From IMG/VR virus record IMGVR_UViG_3300020048_000029, positions 1 to 64,000 of that record: a stretch of 64,000 nucleotides of DNA. One strand, 5' to 3'. The notes under the pieces were generated by a model that saw only the letters and a list, made by a program, of their open reading frames with translations, was not told the origin of the DNA and ran no database searches. Both the position numbers and the translations under genes were made by a program. The DNA comes from a virus. Below, one piece after another: positions 1 to 9,404 of the stretch. How positions within the stretch are numbered: the stretch's first letter is position 1; each line of letters begins with the position of its first letter.

Positions 1-1
1 A

Positions 2-1078
2 GTAAGCTACTCAAATGATGCAGATATGCAAGAGGACATCAACGGCAAATACGCGATGTACGATATCACATTCATAGTAGAAGCTGGTACTTCAACGAGT
101 ATTCTGATAAACGACAGTGTGACAAGGTACATGAACTCTTTCAGATTTACTACGGAAGAATCGTCCATGATCTCGAAAGGTGCGCAAGGATATGTCACGA
201 TCAACAGCTGGACTCTGTGTAAAATGATGGAGCTTGATCATATCAAGTGTACCATCGTAAACCAGACAAGCCCTATGAAGGTGTCAAATTGCATCTTGAT
301 AGATTCTGTTGTTGACAAAGGGTCTTTTATCAATAACACGATAATACACCCGACCTATTTTACCAATGGGTGCCATGAGTTCCTGAACAACATCATAGTG
401 ACAAAATATGCTGAAGGTGGAGATCTGAACTACGACTCGAGCAATACTATCTGGGGACCTTCTGTGACGACACCTCCTCACATGATATTTGAAGATCCGA
501 TGCTTGATTCAGACTATAAAATTTCAGATGATAGCCCGTGTGTAAACACCGGTGTCTACATAAGAGAGGGTAGCTCGTATGATGCGTATGGAAGAAGAAG
601 AGTAGTAAGCGGAACGATTGACCGTGGGGCGTATGAAACAAGCGTCGTTGTCCTGAAAATGACCTCTGATGACCTGCTCTATGTTTACTCGAGCTTGATA
701 ACAAACCGGATCGGCGACGACAACATTTCTTACAGTGCAGATGTCCCTTCAGATTCTGAGTGGGAATATGACACAAAGACGGTTGCCGTTGTAAGAAAAA
801 AAGAAAATCTTATCGAATTTATCGATGACAGAGAGTATCGAAAAGTTACGAGCTACAGAGCTTACTACGATGCGTCAGTGGATAGAATGGTGATAGAGCA
901 GAGGAATGATGCCTTGACAAAACATATATTTAGTGACATCGCGTCAGGCGAATATGTGTTCAAATACCTGAGCAAAGGCAACACTCTCGAAGTGTACAAA
1001 AACCCTGCGCTTGGGATAGTTGGTTCAAAAAATGCAGCCAACACTGTAAGGTATGGCGGAAAGGCTGTTGTTCAATGA
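2..1078 (+). CDS. 5'-truncated virion/tail protein with right-handed beta-helix and choice-of-anchor-Q-like motif
   Basis: Frame open from base 2; contains DPMLDSDYKISDDSPCVNTG...DAYGRRRVVSGTIDRGAYE, a motif typical after parallel beta-helices. Confidence 0.6.
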   Translation, partial: VSYSNDADMQEDINGKYAMYDITFIVEAGTSTSILINDSVTRYMNSFRFTTEESSMISKGAQGYVTINSWTLCKMMELDHIKCTIVNQTSPMKVSNCILIDSVVDKGSFINNTIIHPTYFTNGCHEFLNNIIVTKYAEGGDLNYDSSNTIWGPSVTTPPHMIFEDPMLDSDYKISDDSPCVNTGVYIREGSSYDAYGRRRVVSGTIDRGAYETSVVVLKMTSDDLLYVYSSLITNRIGDDNISYSADVPSDSEWEYDTKTVAVVRKKENLIEFIDDREYRKVTSYRAYYDASVDRMVIEQRNDALTKHIFSDIASGEYVFKYLSKGNTLEVYKNPALGIVGSKNAANTVRYGGKAVVQ

Positions 1079-2742
1079 GCAGATTTATAAATCCAGGAAG
1101 CGTTCATACGGATAAGACTCGTGTTGATGACATGCGGTCTGCAATATATCCGGTGTTCGCACCTGTTATACAGCTTCATAGCGACTTTGCGTCAGAGTCT
1201 GAGGTGAACCTTCACCACAAGACAAAAGGCGACATGGTTAAGAACGAGTCGTCTGGGTTTATTTCGATAGCTGATATTGACGTTGAGATAGGAGATGAAG
1301 TGTCTCCTCACAACACGTCTTTCATAGATGTCTCTTTTAGCGAAGGACTCCTTGAAGCGAAGAGAATGACTTATTACCAGACAAAGTCAAATTGCGTGGT
1401 TGTTGCCGATCAATTGGAGACTGCGAACGTGATCTATGTTGACGGCGGTTTTTACGTCGATGCTGATTGCAAAGTCTTTATCGTTCCTGGTCTCGCATCA
1501 ATGCACAAGTTCTACAAAAAAGGCGAGATACAATTAGAGGGTTGGTCGCCTGAGATCTTCCCTGTAATCACAAGCGAAGACTCGACAGTAAGAATACTTG
1601 AGGACAAGGTTACCGTAGAATCCCTGTCTCGAAACGATGTCACAATACTCCAAAACATGAGCGATTTCGGATACTTCGTATCAAGGGGGAGCTCTGTAAA
1701 TATCATAGAGCAGGCAGCGATGACTGACAATAGCTTGCTTGTTACAGAGCCATACATAAAAATGACAAAGATTGGCAGAGTCAAGTTCCTTCCAGATGGA
1801 GGAATTGTTGCAAGCAAAGATGTGGAGAGGTCCATAATCTCTGGGTCGGCAAGCGGTGTTGTCACAACAGGGTCTGTTGTCGTAAAAACTGAAAGCTCAA
1901 ACATTTTAGTAAAAACAAGCGGAAACACTATGGATGGAGTTTCCGATGTATTCATCGTTAACAGCATTATGCCTGTCGCAGACAGGTTGTACCCGTCTCA
2001 TTTAGATCCGGTTTACAAATTTGCTGCGGACAGAAACAAGACATTGATCAAGAACCCTCACATAACATTCAAAATGTCTGGGGATCTTGAGTATTCTGAC
2101 TATAAGTATGTTGGAGCCATTTTTAATACAGACTCATGGTCTGTGTCTCCTGAAACGATCGTATGGGGAAGAATGTGCGAGACCTCTGCAAGATTCAATT
2201 TCTCAATTCCAAATGGTGCAAAATGGATTTCAGTTGAGTGTGATGCTGAAGCTGTTTCAGACGACGAAGACACAGGCATAGTAATAGACGTTGACGGTGT
2301 AGAGTCGTCCCCTGTACTTGGTGTCGGGAACCATGTGACAGGTGATAAAACACCACTTCAAAGCGTCTCTGTTTACAGTGCTAATGGATGTTATGTGAAC
2401 AGCACAACTCCAGGATGGTTTAACTGGAACAGAGCTGTTTTGCATCAAATAGATGGAAACATTCACAATGTCTATGGCGTTGTTTACCCGGATAAGGAAG
2501 CTCCATCATCATCATCTGTAAGAGTTGACTCTCCGTTGTCTACTTCTTCAGGAAACTGGTACATATCTCATGACGTATCAATGAAGGAGAGAAGAGTTTA
2601 CTCAACATCGATAGTTTCTGATGGCGCATTTGTAAGTAAGTTCACAGACGTGTCAGGAAAGAGCAGTGTAGAGGTTAAGGTAAGGTTTACAACTGAAGTG
2701 GAATCGTTTAGAATTTATTCGATCCGGTTAAGAGTTGCTTAA
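1075..2742 (+). CDS. Hypothetical, probable virion structural protein (555 aa)
   Basis: Long beta-rich ORF, ATGA overlap with upstream gene, structural context. Confidence 0.6.
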   Translation: MSRFINPGSVHTDKTRVDDMRSAIYPVFAPVIQLHSDFASESEVNLHHKTKGDMVKNESSGFISIADIDVEIGDEVSPHNTSFIDVSFSEGLLEAKRMTYYQTKSNCVVVADQLETANVIYVDGGFYVDADCKVFIVPGLASMHKFYKKGEIQLEGWSPEIFPVITSEDSTVRILEDKVTVESLSRNDVTILQNMSDFGYFVSRGSSVNIIEQAAMTDNSLLVTEPYIKMTKIGRVKFLPDGGIVASKDVERSIISGSASGVVTTGSVVVKTESSNILVKTSGNTMDGVSDVFIVNSIMPVADRLYPSHLDPVYKFAADRNKTLIKNPHITFKMSGDLEYSDYKYVGAIFNTDSWSVSPETIVWGRMCETSARFNFSIPNGAKWISVECDAEAVSDDEDTGIVIDVDGVESSPVLGVGNHVTGDKTPLQSVSVYSANGCYVNSTTPGWFNWNRAVLHQIDGNIHNVYGVVYPDKEAPSSSSVRVDSPLSTSSGNWYISHDVSMKERRVYSTSIVSDGAFVSKFTDVSGKSSVEVKVRFTTEVESFRIYSIRLRVA

Positions 2743-2769
2743 ATGTATTTTTAACCAAGAGGTGAAAAC

Positions 2770-3570
2770 ATGAATTTTCGTAAAATGCCATTTTCAGGAT
2801 ATATGACTGATGCTTCTGGTAACGTGATAAGCAATGCCAGTGTCACAATCAAAAGAATTGGGTCAGATGACTCGTTTGAGGTAGATATTGCAAGGGCAGG
2901 TGTCTCAGGATTCTTTGAGACAAAAGCCCTTCCTACTGGTTCGTATGAAGTATTTGAATCTGGTGTTTACTCGAAGACTGTCAAACACCACCTGTTCAAT
3001 TACATTCCATGCTTCAAGTCGTGGAAGCAGCAACCAATTTCGTTCCAGATGGCAGTTGCCGATGGAACACTTCTCGACACCTACAAAGCCTACATTCAAA
3101 TAGATGACAGGGATACGAAAGACTTTTTCCCATCTATCAATGGAGTACTTCTTTCAAAGTTCAATGTTGAGTATTTCAACGGGTCGAGCATAATAAAATT
3201 TGAAAATGTTGGCGGGATTATAGTTGATGGGAAAGCGTGCCTAGAGATTGGGTACAGATCAATATCAACAACACATCCATTCCACTCTTCGGCACCGGTG
3301 TCTTATACTGCAAACACAATTACGATACAAGGTCAGTCTGCGAAGGTGATAAAAGTAGGCGACATTTGCATGAGAACTGTATCGGCAGTAAAGAGCAAGT
3401 TTTATGTAAAATCCGTTTCAACGAATAGTGGCGGGTACACAATAGCTCTCAATGCTGACATTCCTAATGGAGTAAACACTCTGAACGAATTTTACAGTGG
3501 AATGACAGGCATGACTTCGATGTCTGAAAGTTTTATTGCAGACAACTTTACAGTTACAGAGGTGATGTAA
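2770..3570 (+). CDS. Probable structural protein with N-terminal carboxypeptidase-regulatory/transthyretin-like domain
   Basis: GNVISNASVTI...SGFFETKALPTGSYEV pattern; RBS GAGGTG upstream. Confidence 0.55.
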   Translation: MNFRKMPFSGYMTDASGNVISNASVTIKRIGSDDSFEVDIARAGVSGFFETKALPTGSYEVFESGVYSKTVKHHLFNYIPCFKSWKQQPISFQMAVADGTLLDTYKAYIQIDDRDTKDFFPSINGVLLSKFNVEYFNGSSIIKFENVGGIIVDGKACLEIGYRSISTTHPFHSSAPVSYTANTITIQGQSAKVIKVGDICMRTVSAVKSKFYVKSVSTNSGGYTIALNADIPNGVNTLNEFYSGMTGMTSMSESFIADNFTVTEVM

Positions 3571-3791
3571 TGACAGCAAAAGAAGTTTCAGAAGGAATAA
3601 TTTCCGGAGAAATTACAGGTACTGCCGAAGCCATCTATCTTGCTCATCACAATGCCTATGTCAAAATATTAAAGACATGTGAAGAGCTATCCAAAGCTCT
3701 TGATCAAGCTAGAGAGCAGCTTAATGACACAGCGATAAGATGTGAAACTGCACTCGACATAGCAACGGCGGTACAAAATGAAAAGAATTGA
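3570..3791 (+). CDS. Small coiled-coil hypothetical protein
   Basis: TAATG coupling to upstream gene; heptad-like helix. Confidence 0.6.
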   Translation: MTAKEVSEGIISGEITGTAEAIYLAHHNAYVKILKTCEELSKALDQAREQLNDTAIRCETALDIATAVQNEKN

Positions 3792-4458
3792 TGTAAAACA
3801 AGAGCACAAACATTACATGCCTGAGCTTTTGAACTCTATCCAAGATGTTGCAAGTGAGAATCTTAAACGCGCTTTGTCTGGAATTGCAAATGGCAGAGGC
3901 TGTATTTTAAACGGCTTTAAAATATTTCAAGGTGGCGGTCAGTATTCTATAGAGCCAGGCGTTGCAGTGTCTCCTTCAGGGGAGCTTTTAATACTTGAAA
4001 CTTCCATAAATGTAAATGGAATCTTCCCAGTAGATCAGTCTGCCTACATATCATACAAAAAAACTCTCGATCCTACTACCATTGTTGACATGATAGACGG
4101 AACAAGCTCTGAATACATAGAGACCGGAACGAGTGTAGAAGTTCGGTACGGAGTAGCTGCTCAGCCGGGAGAAGTTTGTATCGGAACTCCTGGAGAGCAA
4201 ATGTCAGGACTTCTTGACGACAGAAATATAAAAGCTGCTAATATTTACGCTGAATCAGTAACTGCAGGAAACTTGTCAGTTACAGGTCTTTCTGATTTTG
4301 CAAAAGTTACGTCTACAAGTGCAAGTATATCATCTTTGGAAGTTGCCAAAGTTAAGGTTAGCAGCGCAGAATACCCGCTGAAAACTGAGTCTTTTTCTAT
4401 AATAGCAAACGGTGTATCACAAGTGTTAACTTTCAAGGGCGGAATGCTCGTTCAATAA
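3778..4458 (+). CDS. Probable tail/baseplate-associated protein
   Basis: GCILNGFKI...YSIEPGVAVSPSGELLIL resembles N-termini of phage tail/baseplate proteins. Confidence 0.5.
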   Translation: MKRIDVKQEHKHYMPELLNSIQDVASENLKRALSGIANGRGCILNGFKIFQGGGQYSIEPGVAVSPSGELLILETSINVNGIFPVDQSAYISYKKTLDPTTIVDMIDGTSSEYIETGTSVEVRYGVAAQPGEVCIGTPGEQMSGLLDDRNIKAANIYAESVTAGNLSVTGLSDFAKVTSTSASISSLEVAKVKVSSAEYPLKTESFSIIANGVSQVLTFKGGMLVQ

Positions 4459-4469
4459 AAGGAGAAATC

Positions 4470-5114
4470 ATGTTTCTTATCAGGGGTAAATACCCGATCG
4501 ATACAATTGAGCAAGTAAAGCTTGCCTCAGAATACTTTGAAAACTACCTTTCAAGCTTTTCTCCTTCTGAAAAGATGTTGTCTGCAGCTCGCCTTGAAAA
4601 GCGTGCGGGAGAGCTTGGAACAACTCTTGTTGACAAAGCTTGGATTGTAACTTATTCACGCCCTCTTCTTAAAGAGGCGTCAGAATCTCCTGCTCTTTCG
4701 ACGCACATGAAAATGCGTAAGCTTGCTCTCGATTGCCACGGAGTTACAGAAGTTGAAGTTGACGGCAAAACTGTAAACGCTCTTGAGCTTATGAACAAGA
4801 TCGCTTCATCTGATGAAACAGTTTTTGAAAAGGTTCAAGGTCTTATCGCATTTGATAAGCTTGCTGGTTTAGACAACTCTTACAGCGACAGCTTGCCTGA
4901 CCCTGTAATGACCATTGCTGGATCTGCAATTAACCCGTGGTATGACGGCGTTAAAATGGCTGGAGACCTTACTCAGTACGACCTTAAAAAACTTGCCTGT
5001 GACAAAGATTTTACCGAGAAACTTGCAAGTGAAAATTTTGCCACTGATCCATGCGGTACTGTATATTCAATGAGTCCAGTAGAAAAGGAAAACTTTCTTA
5101 GACTCGTGGAGTAG
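4470..5114 (+). CDS. Hypothetical head-region protein (KYPIDT motif, repeated K[LI]A)
   Basis: RBS AAGGAG; lies just upstream of the portal-like gene. Confidence 0.55.
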   Translation: MFLIRGKYPIDTIEQVKLASEYFENYLSSFSPSEKMLSAARLEKRAGELGTTLVDKAWIVTYSRPLLKEASESPALSTHMKMRKLALDCHGVTEVEVDGKTVNALELMNKIASSDETVFEKVQGLIAFDKLAGLDNSYSDSLPDPVMTIAGSAINPWYDGVKMAGDLTQYDLKKLACDKDFTEKLASENFATDPCGTVYSMSPVEKENFLRLVE

Positions 5115-5116
5115 AC

Positions 5117-5836
5117 ATGAAAAATCTTTCTGAAGAACTTATGCTTGCCGTTTTGAATGATGATAAAAAAGAAGCGGCAAGGATTAAGTCACTCGTAGAA
5201 GCAAGGCACGCTTCTGAAATCAAAAAAAAGCCTGTTGTCATATCGAACCCCTTCCCAACTGAAGTAATGCCGGCAAGACTTGTTATTGGTGTCATGGAGA
5301 ACCTGTTTGGAGAAGACTGGTTCGATCTCGATCAAGACACTATCTGGGAGCTCTTTGCAAGACGCGGAATAACACCTCCGACTTCGAATGTTAAAGACTG
5401 CATACTCGCAGCAAAAGCTTGTCACCATTCAATATCTCCTTGGCAAGACTGGTTTGACTTTTCAAACGTATGCCTCGCATTTTGCGGAGCCATGGCAGAG
5501 CTTGAAATTCTCAGAACTCCTACAATCGCCATGATCATAAGCGGTATTAACACAATGCTCCTGATCAGACCTGATGAATTGATCTCAAAGGATGTTGAGA
5601 ACTTCATCGAGGCCAAGCTTCTCGAAGAAGGAATTTACACACCTCCACCATCTCTTCTTGGTGTAGTCGATCTTGACACAGTTGTAAGACACAACTGGAT
5701 GGACATTTACAAAGCATACAACAAAATAGCAGCCGGCGCATTACTTCACAATGACGACGTTGTATCTATTCAGGCGAATCGTCTGTATAGAATTGAGCAC
5801 GCCGCAAAAGAATTTTATGGAATGGAAGGCTACTAA
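5117..5836 (+). CDS. Hypothetical protein (239 aa)
   Basis: Tightly packed, TAATG-coupled to the next gene. Confidence 0.65.
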   Translation: MKNLSEELMLAVLNDDKKEAARIKSLVEARHASEIKKKPVVISNPFPTEVMPARLVIGVMENLFGEDWFDLDQDTIWELFARRGITPPTSNVKDCILAAKACHHSISPWQDWFDFSNVCLAFCGAMAELEILRTPTIAMIISGINTMLLIRPDELISKDVENFIEAKLLEEGIYTPPPSLLGVVDLDTVVRHNWMDIYKAYNKIAAGALLHNDDVVSIQANRLYRIEHAAKEFYGMEGY

Positions 5837-7944
5837 TGAGCGATACCTGGCAGGCAATTTCTGGAAATTTAAACGGGTCTACTCAGGGTCCTACTCAAGC
5901 TGTAATTCCTTCTGGTGGCGGAGCTCCTGCTGCCAAAAGGAATATTACACAGAGCCCTTACACATACCCAAATCCGGCATACGACATGACGAACACGTTT
6001 ATGCCAAAATCTCTCAAAGAAGTTTTGAAATACGTTGCTGAAGTGGCTTACACCGATCCACTCGTTTCACAAGCTGTTGTCAAGCTGGCCGAATATCCGG
6101 TGACAGACATGCTTTACGATCACAAGAATGGCGGATCAGAGTTCAAGAACGATGAGTTAATCGCTAAGTGGCGCTACATCATGGAAGATTGTATCGACAT
6201 CAGAAGCTCAATGATCCAGTCAGGGATGGACTACCATGGGTTTGGGAATAGCGTAACTTCGGTCCACTTCCCTTTCATAAGAATGCTCAAGTGTAGCAAA
6301 TGTGGAGAGATCCACTCAGCAGATTTGAAAGGTGTTTCGTTCAGAGCATGGGAGTTTCACTCCACATGTCCAAAATGTGGGTACAAAGGAGTGTTCTCAG
6401 CCCAGGACTATCTTGAAAGAAATTTCAAGAAAATCAGAGTGATTCACTGGGACCTTACTCAGCTTGATATCAAGTTCAACAGTATTTCCGGCGATCACTT
6501 CTATTATTACACAGTTCCTTCGCACATCAAGAGTGCGATCGACAGTGGTGACATGGACTTTGTAAAGACTACACGTCTTGAGGTGATCAAGGCTTGCAAG
6601 AGCGGAGCAAAGGTAAAGCTTCTCCCTGAGAACACATTCCACATGAAGAGACAGTCACCGCAGTACATTTTCCCATCGGAAAGAGGCTGGGGTGTATCAA
6701 CTGTTTTCTCTGTTATGAAAGATGTGTTTCACAACAGAATACTAAAAAAAGGAAACGAGATGATCGCTCTTGATCATATCGTTCCACTGCGTATCATAAC
6801 ACCGCAGCCTATGGGCGACATGTCTCCGCACCTTACAATGGATCTGAGTGGCTGGAGAGCAGCTCTCGACAGAGAAATTGGAGCATGGAGAAGAGATGGT
6901 AACCATATCATGTATGCTCCGATCCCGGTCGAAATTGCAAACATGGGTGGAGACGCAAGAGCCCTTATGGTTACTCCAGAGATCAAGGCTAACGAAGAGA
7001 ATATCATCGTTGGTATGGGTATCATCCCTGAGATCTTGAAAGGTGGAGCATCGTGGTCTGGGTCGAGTGTTTCATTGAGAATTATCGAGAACAGTCACTT
7101 GAATCATAGAAGATCTCTTCTTGAGCAGGTGAAGTTTGTGAGAAACTCAATCGCGAACACCTACAACATCCAGAAGGTCGAAATAACAATGACAGACTTC
7201 AAGATGGCTGACGATTCGACTCAGAAGCAGATCTTGCTCAGCGCTTGTCAAGGAAGCCCTACAACAGCTCTTATTTCTAAGAAAACTGTTATCAAAGAGC
7301 TTGGACTTGATCCAGAAGTTGAGTTCAACAATAAACAAGAAGAGCTCCGCAGAAGTATCGAACTCCTTACTCATGAGAAAAAAGGCTTTGCTCATGCTGA
7401 TGGAGAAGCGTCTATTATCAATGCGATCTTCAGCGCCGATGCTCAGTCTGAAAACAACAACCGCATTAAAATGCGTGAGAGAGAAGCTATTGGAGAACAG
7501 AACAAGGCTGACATGGCTCAGAAAGACCAAGAGTCTAATGCTGTTTATGAAGAGTTCTCTGCGCTTGCGAAGAATATTGGAATCGATCCATCAACAGTTG
7601 ATATGTCGAATATCATCTCGAGAATTACAGAGAGACTCCAGCTTATTCAAACAAATGACGGAAACTTGTTTGCCCAGGTTATGCTTAGAATAAAAGGGTC
7701 TTACCCTAATGTCTATGCAGTTGTTTACAATAACTTCAAAGAGATGAACTCTATCAAGGCCGACACAATGCCAGATCTTGCAACAGTTCAGAAGTATACC
7801 CCGGGTGAGATCCCGACCTATAGTCAGGGCGGGTCCACAGGAGATGGTTCAGCAGACCCAATCGAACAGGCTCAGCAGCCTGTAAAGATTAATGCACCAG
7901 CTCCTGTGTCAAACCCACCAAGAAGAGCCGGCGCAGATATGTAA
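5836..7944 (+). CDS. Putative portal protein with CxxC...CxxC insertion
   Basis: 702 aa; PLVSQAVVKLAEYPV, DYHGFGNS, FHMKR...GWGVS, GIIPEIL segments resemble portal proteins; Gln/Pro-rich C-terminal tail. Confidence 0.6.
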   Translation: MSDTWQAISGNLNGSTQGPTQAVIPSGGGAPAAKRNITQSPYTYPNPAYDMTNTFMPKSLKEVLKYVAEVAYTDPLVSQAVVKLAEYPVTDMLYDHKNGGSEFKNDELIAKWRYIMEDCIDIRSSMIQSGMDYHGFGNSVTSVHFPFIRMLKCSKCGEIHSADLKGVSFRAWEFHSTCPKCGYKGVFSAQDYLERNFKKIRVIHWDLTQLDIKFNSISGDHFYYYTVPSHIKSAIDSGDMDFVKTTRLEVIKACKSGAKVKLLPENTFHMKRQSPQYIFPSERGWGVSTVFSVMKDVFHNRILKKGNEMIALDHIVPLRIITPQPMGDMSPHLTMDLSGWRAALDREIGAWRRDGNHIMYAPIPVEIANMGGDARALMVTPEIKANEENIIVGMGIIPEILKGGASWSGSSVSLRIIENSHLNHRRSLLEQVKFVRNSIANTYNIQKVEITMTDFKMADDSTQKQILLSACQGSPTTALISKKTVIKELGLDPEVEFNNKQEELRRSIELLTHEKKGFAHADGEASIINAIFSADAQSENNNRIKMREREAIGEQNKADMAQKDQESNAVYEEFSALAKNIGIDPSTVDMSNIISRITERLQLIQTNDGNLFAQVMLRIKGSYPNVYAVVYNNFKEMNSIKADTMPDLATVQKYTPGEIPTYSQGGSTGDGSADPIEQAQQPVKINAPAPVSNPPRRAGADM

Positions 7945-7977
7945 AAAAATGGACCGGAGAAATCCGGTCCTTCTTTT
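7944..7977. terminator. Bidirectional intrinsic terminator
   Basis: A7-T-GGACCGGA-GAAA-TCCGGTCC-TTCTTTT at the convergent junction. Confidence 0.8.
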
Positions 7978-7981
7978 AGCT

Positions 7982-8015
7982 AAAAAAATGACACCCCTAA
8001 CTAGAGGTGTCATTT
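7982..8015 (-). terminator. Second hairpin terminator for the minus-strand block
   Basis: A-run then AAATGACACC-loop-GGTGTCATTT. Confidence 0.65.
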
Positions 8016-8016
8016 G

Positions 8017-8205
8017 TCATTTTATCAAGATTAGACTATCGAGAAATTCGAATTCAAATTCGAATACAAGTGACAGCTGCATGACTTCATCAACAGCTTC
8101 AAAAGCATTGTCGCCGGATAAATTCATCCCGTCAATGTCAAGTGAGAACTTCTCAGCTATCTTCTCTAATTCAGAGCATAAACTCTTCGCCTTCTTCTCC
8201 GGCAT
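8017..8205 (-). CDS. Small hypothetical protein
   Basis: MPEKKAKSLCSELEKIAE...; ATG preceded by GAGG. Confidence 0.5.
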   Translation of the reverse strand: MPEKKAKSLCSELEKIAEKFSLDIDGMNLSGDNAFEAVDEVMQLSLVFEFEFEFLDSLILIK

Positions 8206-8338
8206 TGTAATCCTCTTCCTCAAAGCACTCGCCACATATTACTAGCGCACTACTACTCTCAACTTCAACTTCTTCTCCGCACACAGAGCAGTAAGCGATA
8301 ATTGTATCCATTTTCTCTTCGTCATCGAACCCGATCAT
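8171..8338 (-). CDS. Small acidic Zn-ribbon protein
   Basis: CSVC...CGEC; ATG preceded by AGGGG. Confidence 0.55.
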   Translation of the reverse strand: MIGFDDEEKMDTIIAYCSVCGEEVEVESSSALVICGECFEEEDYNAGEEGEEFML

Positions 8339-8405
8339 AACATCCCCTGGATTGTGTTGCCGACAGAATATAACTGTTGACAACACATCCTACAAGATAT
8401 TACGA

Positions 8406-9404
8406 TTACTCTTCTTCGCCGTCTTCTTCTTCTTCATCGTCCTCTTCATCAAAGAACAAATCATTGTCATGAAGGTCAGAGCCATCAGGATCGTAAGCCT
8501 TCGCCTCATCTTGGTCTTCGTTCCCTTTGATCATGCCAATTGCATGGATCATCTTGGAAGCGGTTTCACCAGCGATGATTTTTTTGTTGCCATCAACAGT
8601 AACACCGTTGAGCTTGGTGAAGAATTTCCACTTGCCGCCAGGCTTGTAGTGTTCACTCCATCCAGCAGTATCAACGATTTCGTCAATTGTCATGTCGCGC
8701 TCAATCGTAAATTGACGGGTCGTAGACCCAGGAGTGTTGAAGTACACCACCGTGGACTGCAAGTTACCTGCAATTTTGTCGCAAACATACACTGATTCAC
8801 CTTCAGCAATTTCAGGAACCTCATACGCATTTGCGTATGTAACCCCGCGGTACCGATATGAATGATGTTCATGCCCGACACCTTTTGCATCCATAGCTGA
8901 CTTGACAGTACGAGATTCGCAAACAACGCTTTCAGGCTCAGACCCAATGAACACGAGTTTTACTTCGATGCTTTTATGCACAGCCGTATTATGAGCAGCC
9001 GCAGTCGCAGCCGCAGCACGCTTGACCTTCGTAGAAACTTCGTAGTCAAAGTCATTGTCAATTTCATCATCCAGGTTAACAATTCCGCCGTTACACAAGA
9101 TGTTATTTGCTTCGGTGTCGATACCAAGGAACTCAGCAGCATCGAAGAACGAGATAGAACACTCGTCATCATAAAGCATAGTGTGGTCGCCAATACACAC
9201 TTGGGAAAGGCTGTCAGCATCGCGAATGTCGTAGTCTGCACTTTTGTCGATCTCGGTAGTTGTTTTACACGCAATACCGCTTTCGCGAGATACAAGAACA
9301 ACATCGCGACCGAGGAACTGCACTACTTGACCTGCAGTTGTGAACACTGAAAAATTACCTGATACTTCGAAGCCGTTTGAAAAAATACGCATTTTGTTCT
9401 CCAC
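8406..9404 (-). CDS. Tandem multi-ubiquitin-like (beta-grasp) precursor with acidic tail
   Basis: Repeating units of about 65-80 aa with NG..V and termini KVKRA / KIAGN / MIKGN; directly downstream of E1 and JAB; likely start ATG about 9392. Confidence 0.7.
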   Translation of the reverse strand: MENKMRIFSNGFEVSGNFSVFTTAGQVVQFLGRDVVLVSRESGIACKTTTEIDKSADYDIRDADSLSQVCIGDHTMLYDDECSISFFDAAEFLGIDTEANNILCNGGIVNLDDEIDNDFDYEVSTKVKRAAAATAAAHNTAVHKSIEVKLVFIGSEPESVVCESRTVKSAMDAKGVGHEHHSYRYRGVTYANAYEVPEIAEGESVYVCDKIAGNLQSTVVYFNTPGSTTRQFTIERDMTIDEIVDTAGWSEHYKPGGKWKFFTKLNGVTVDGNKKIIAGETASKMIHAIGMIKGNEDQDEAKAYDPDGSDLHDNDLFFDEEDDEEEEDGEEE

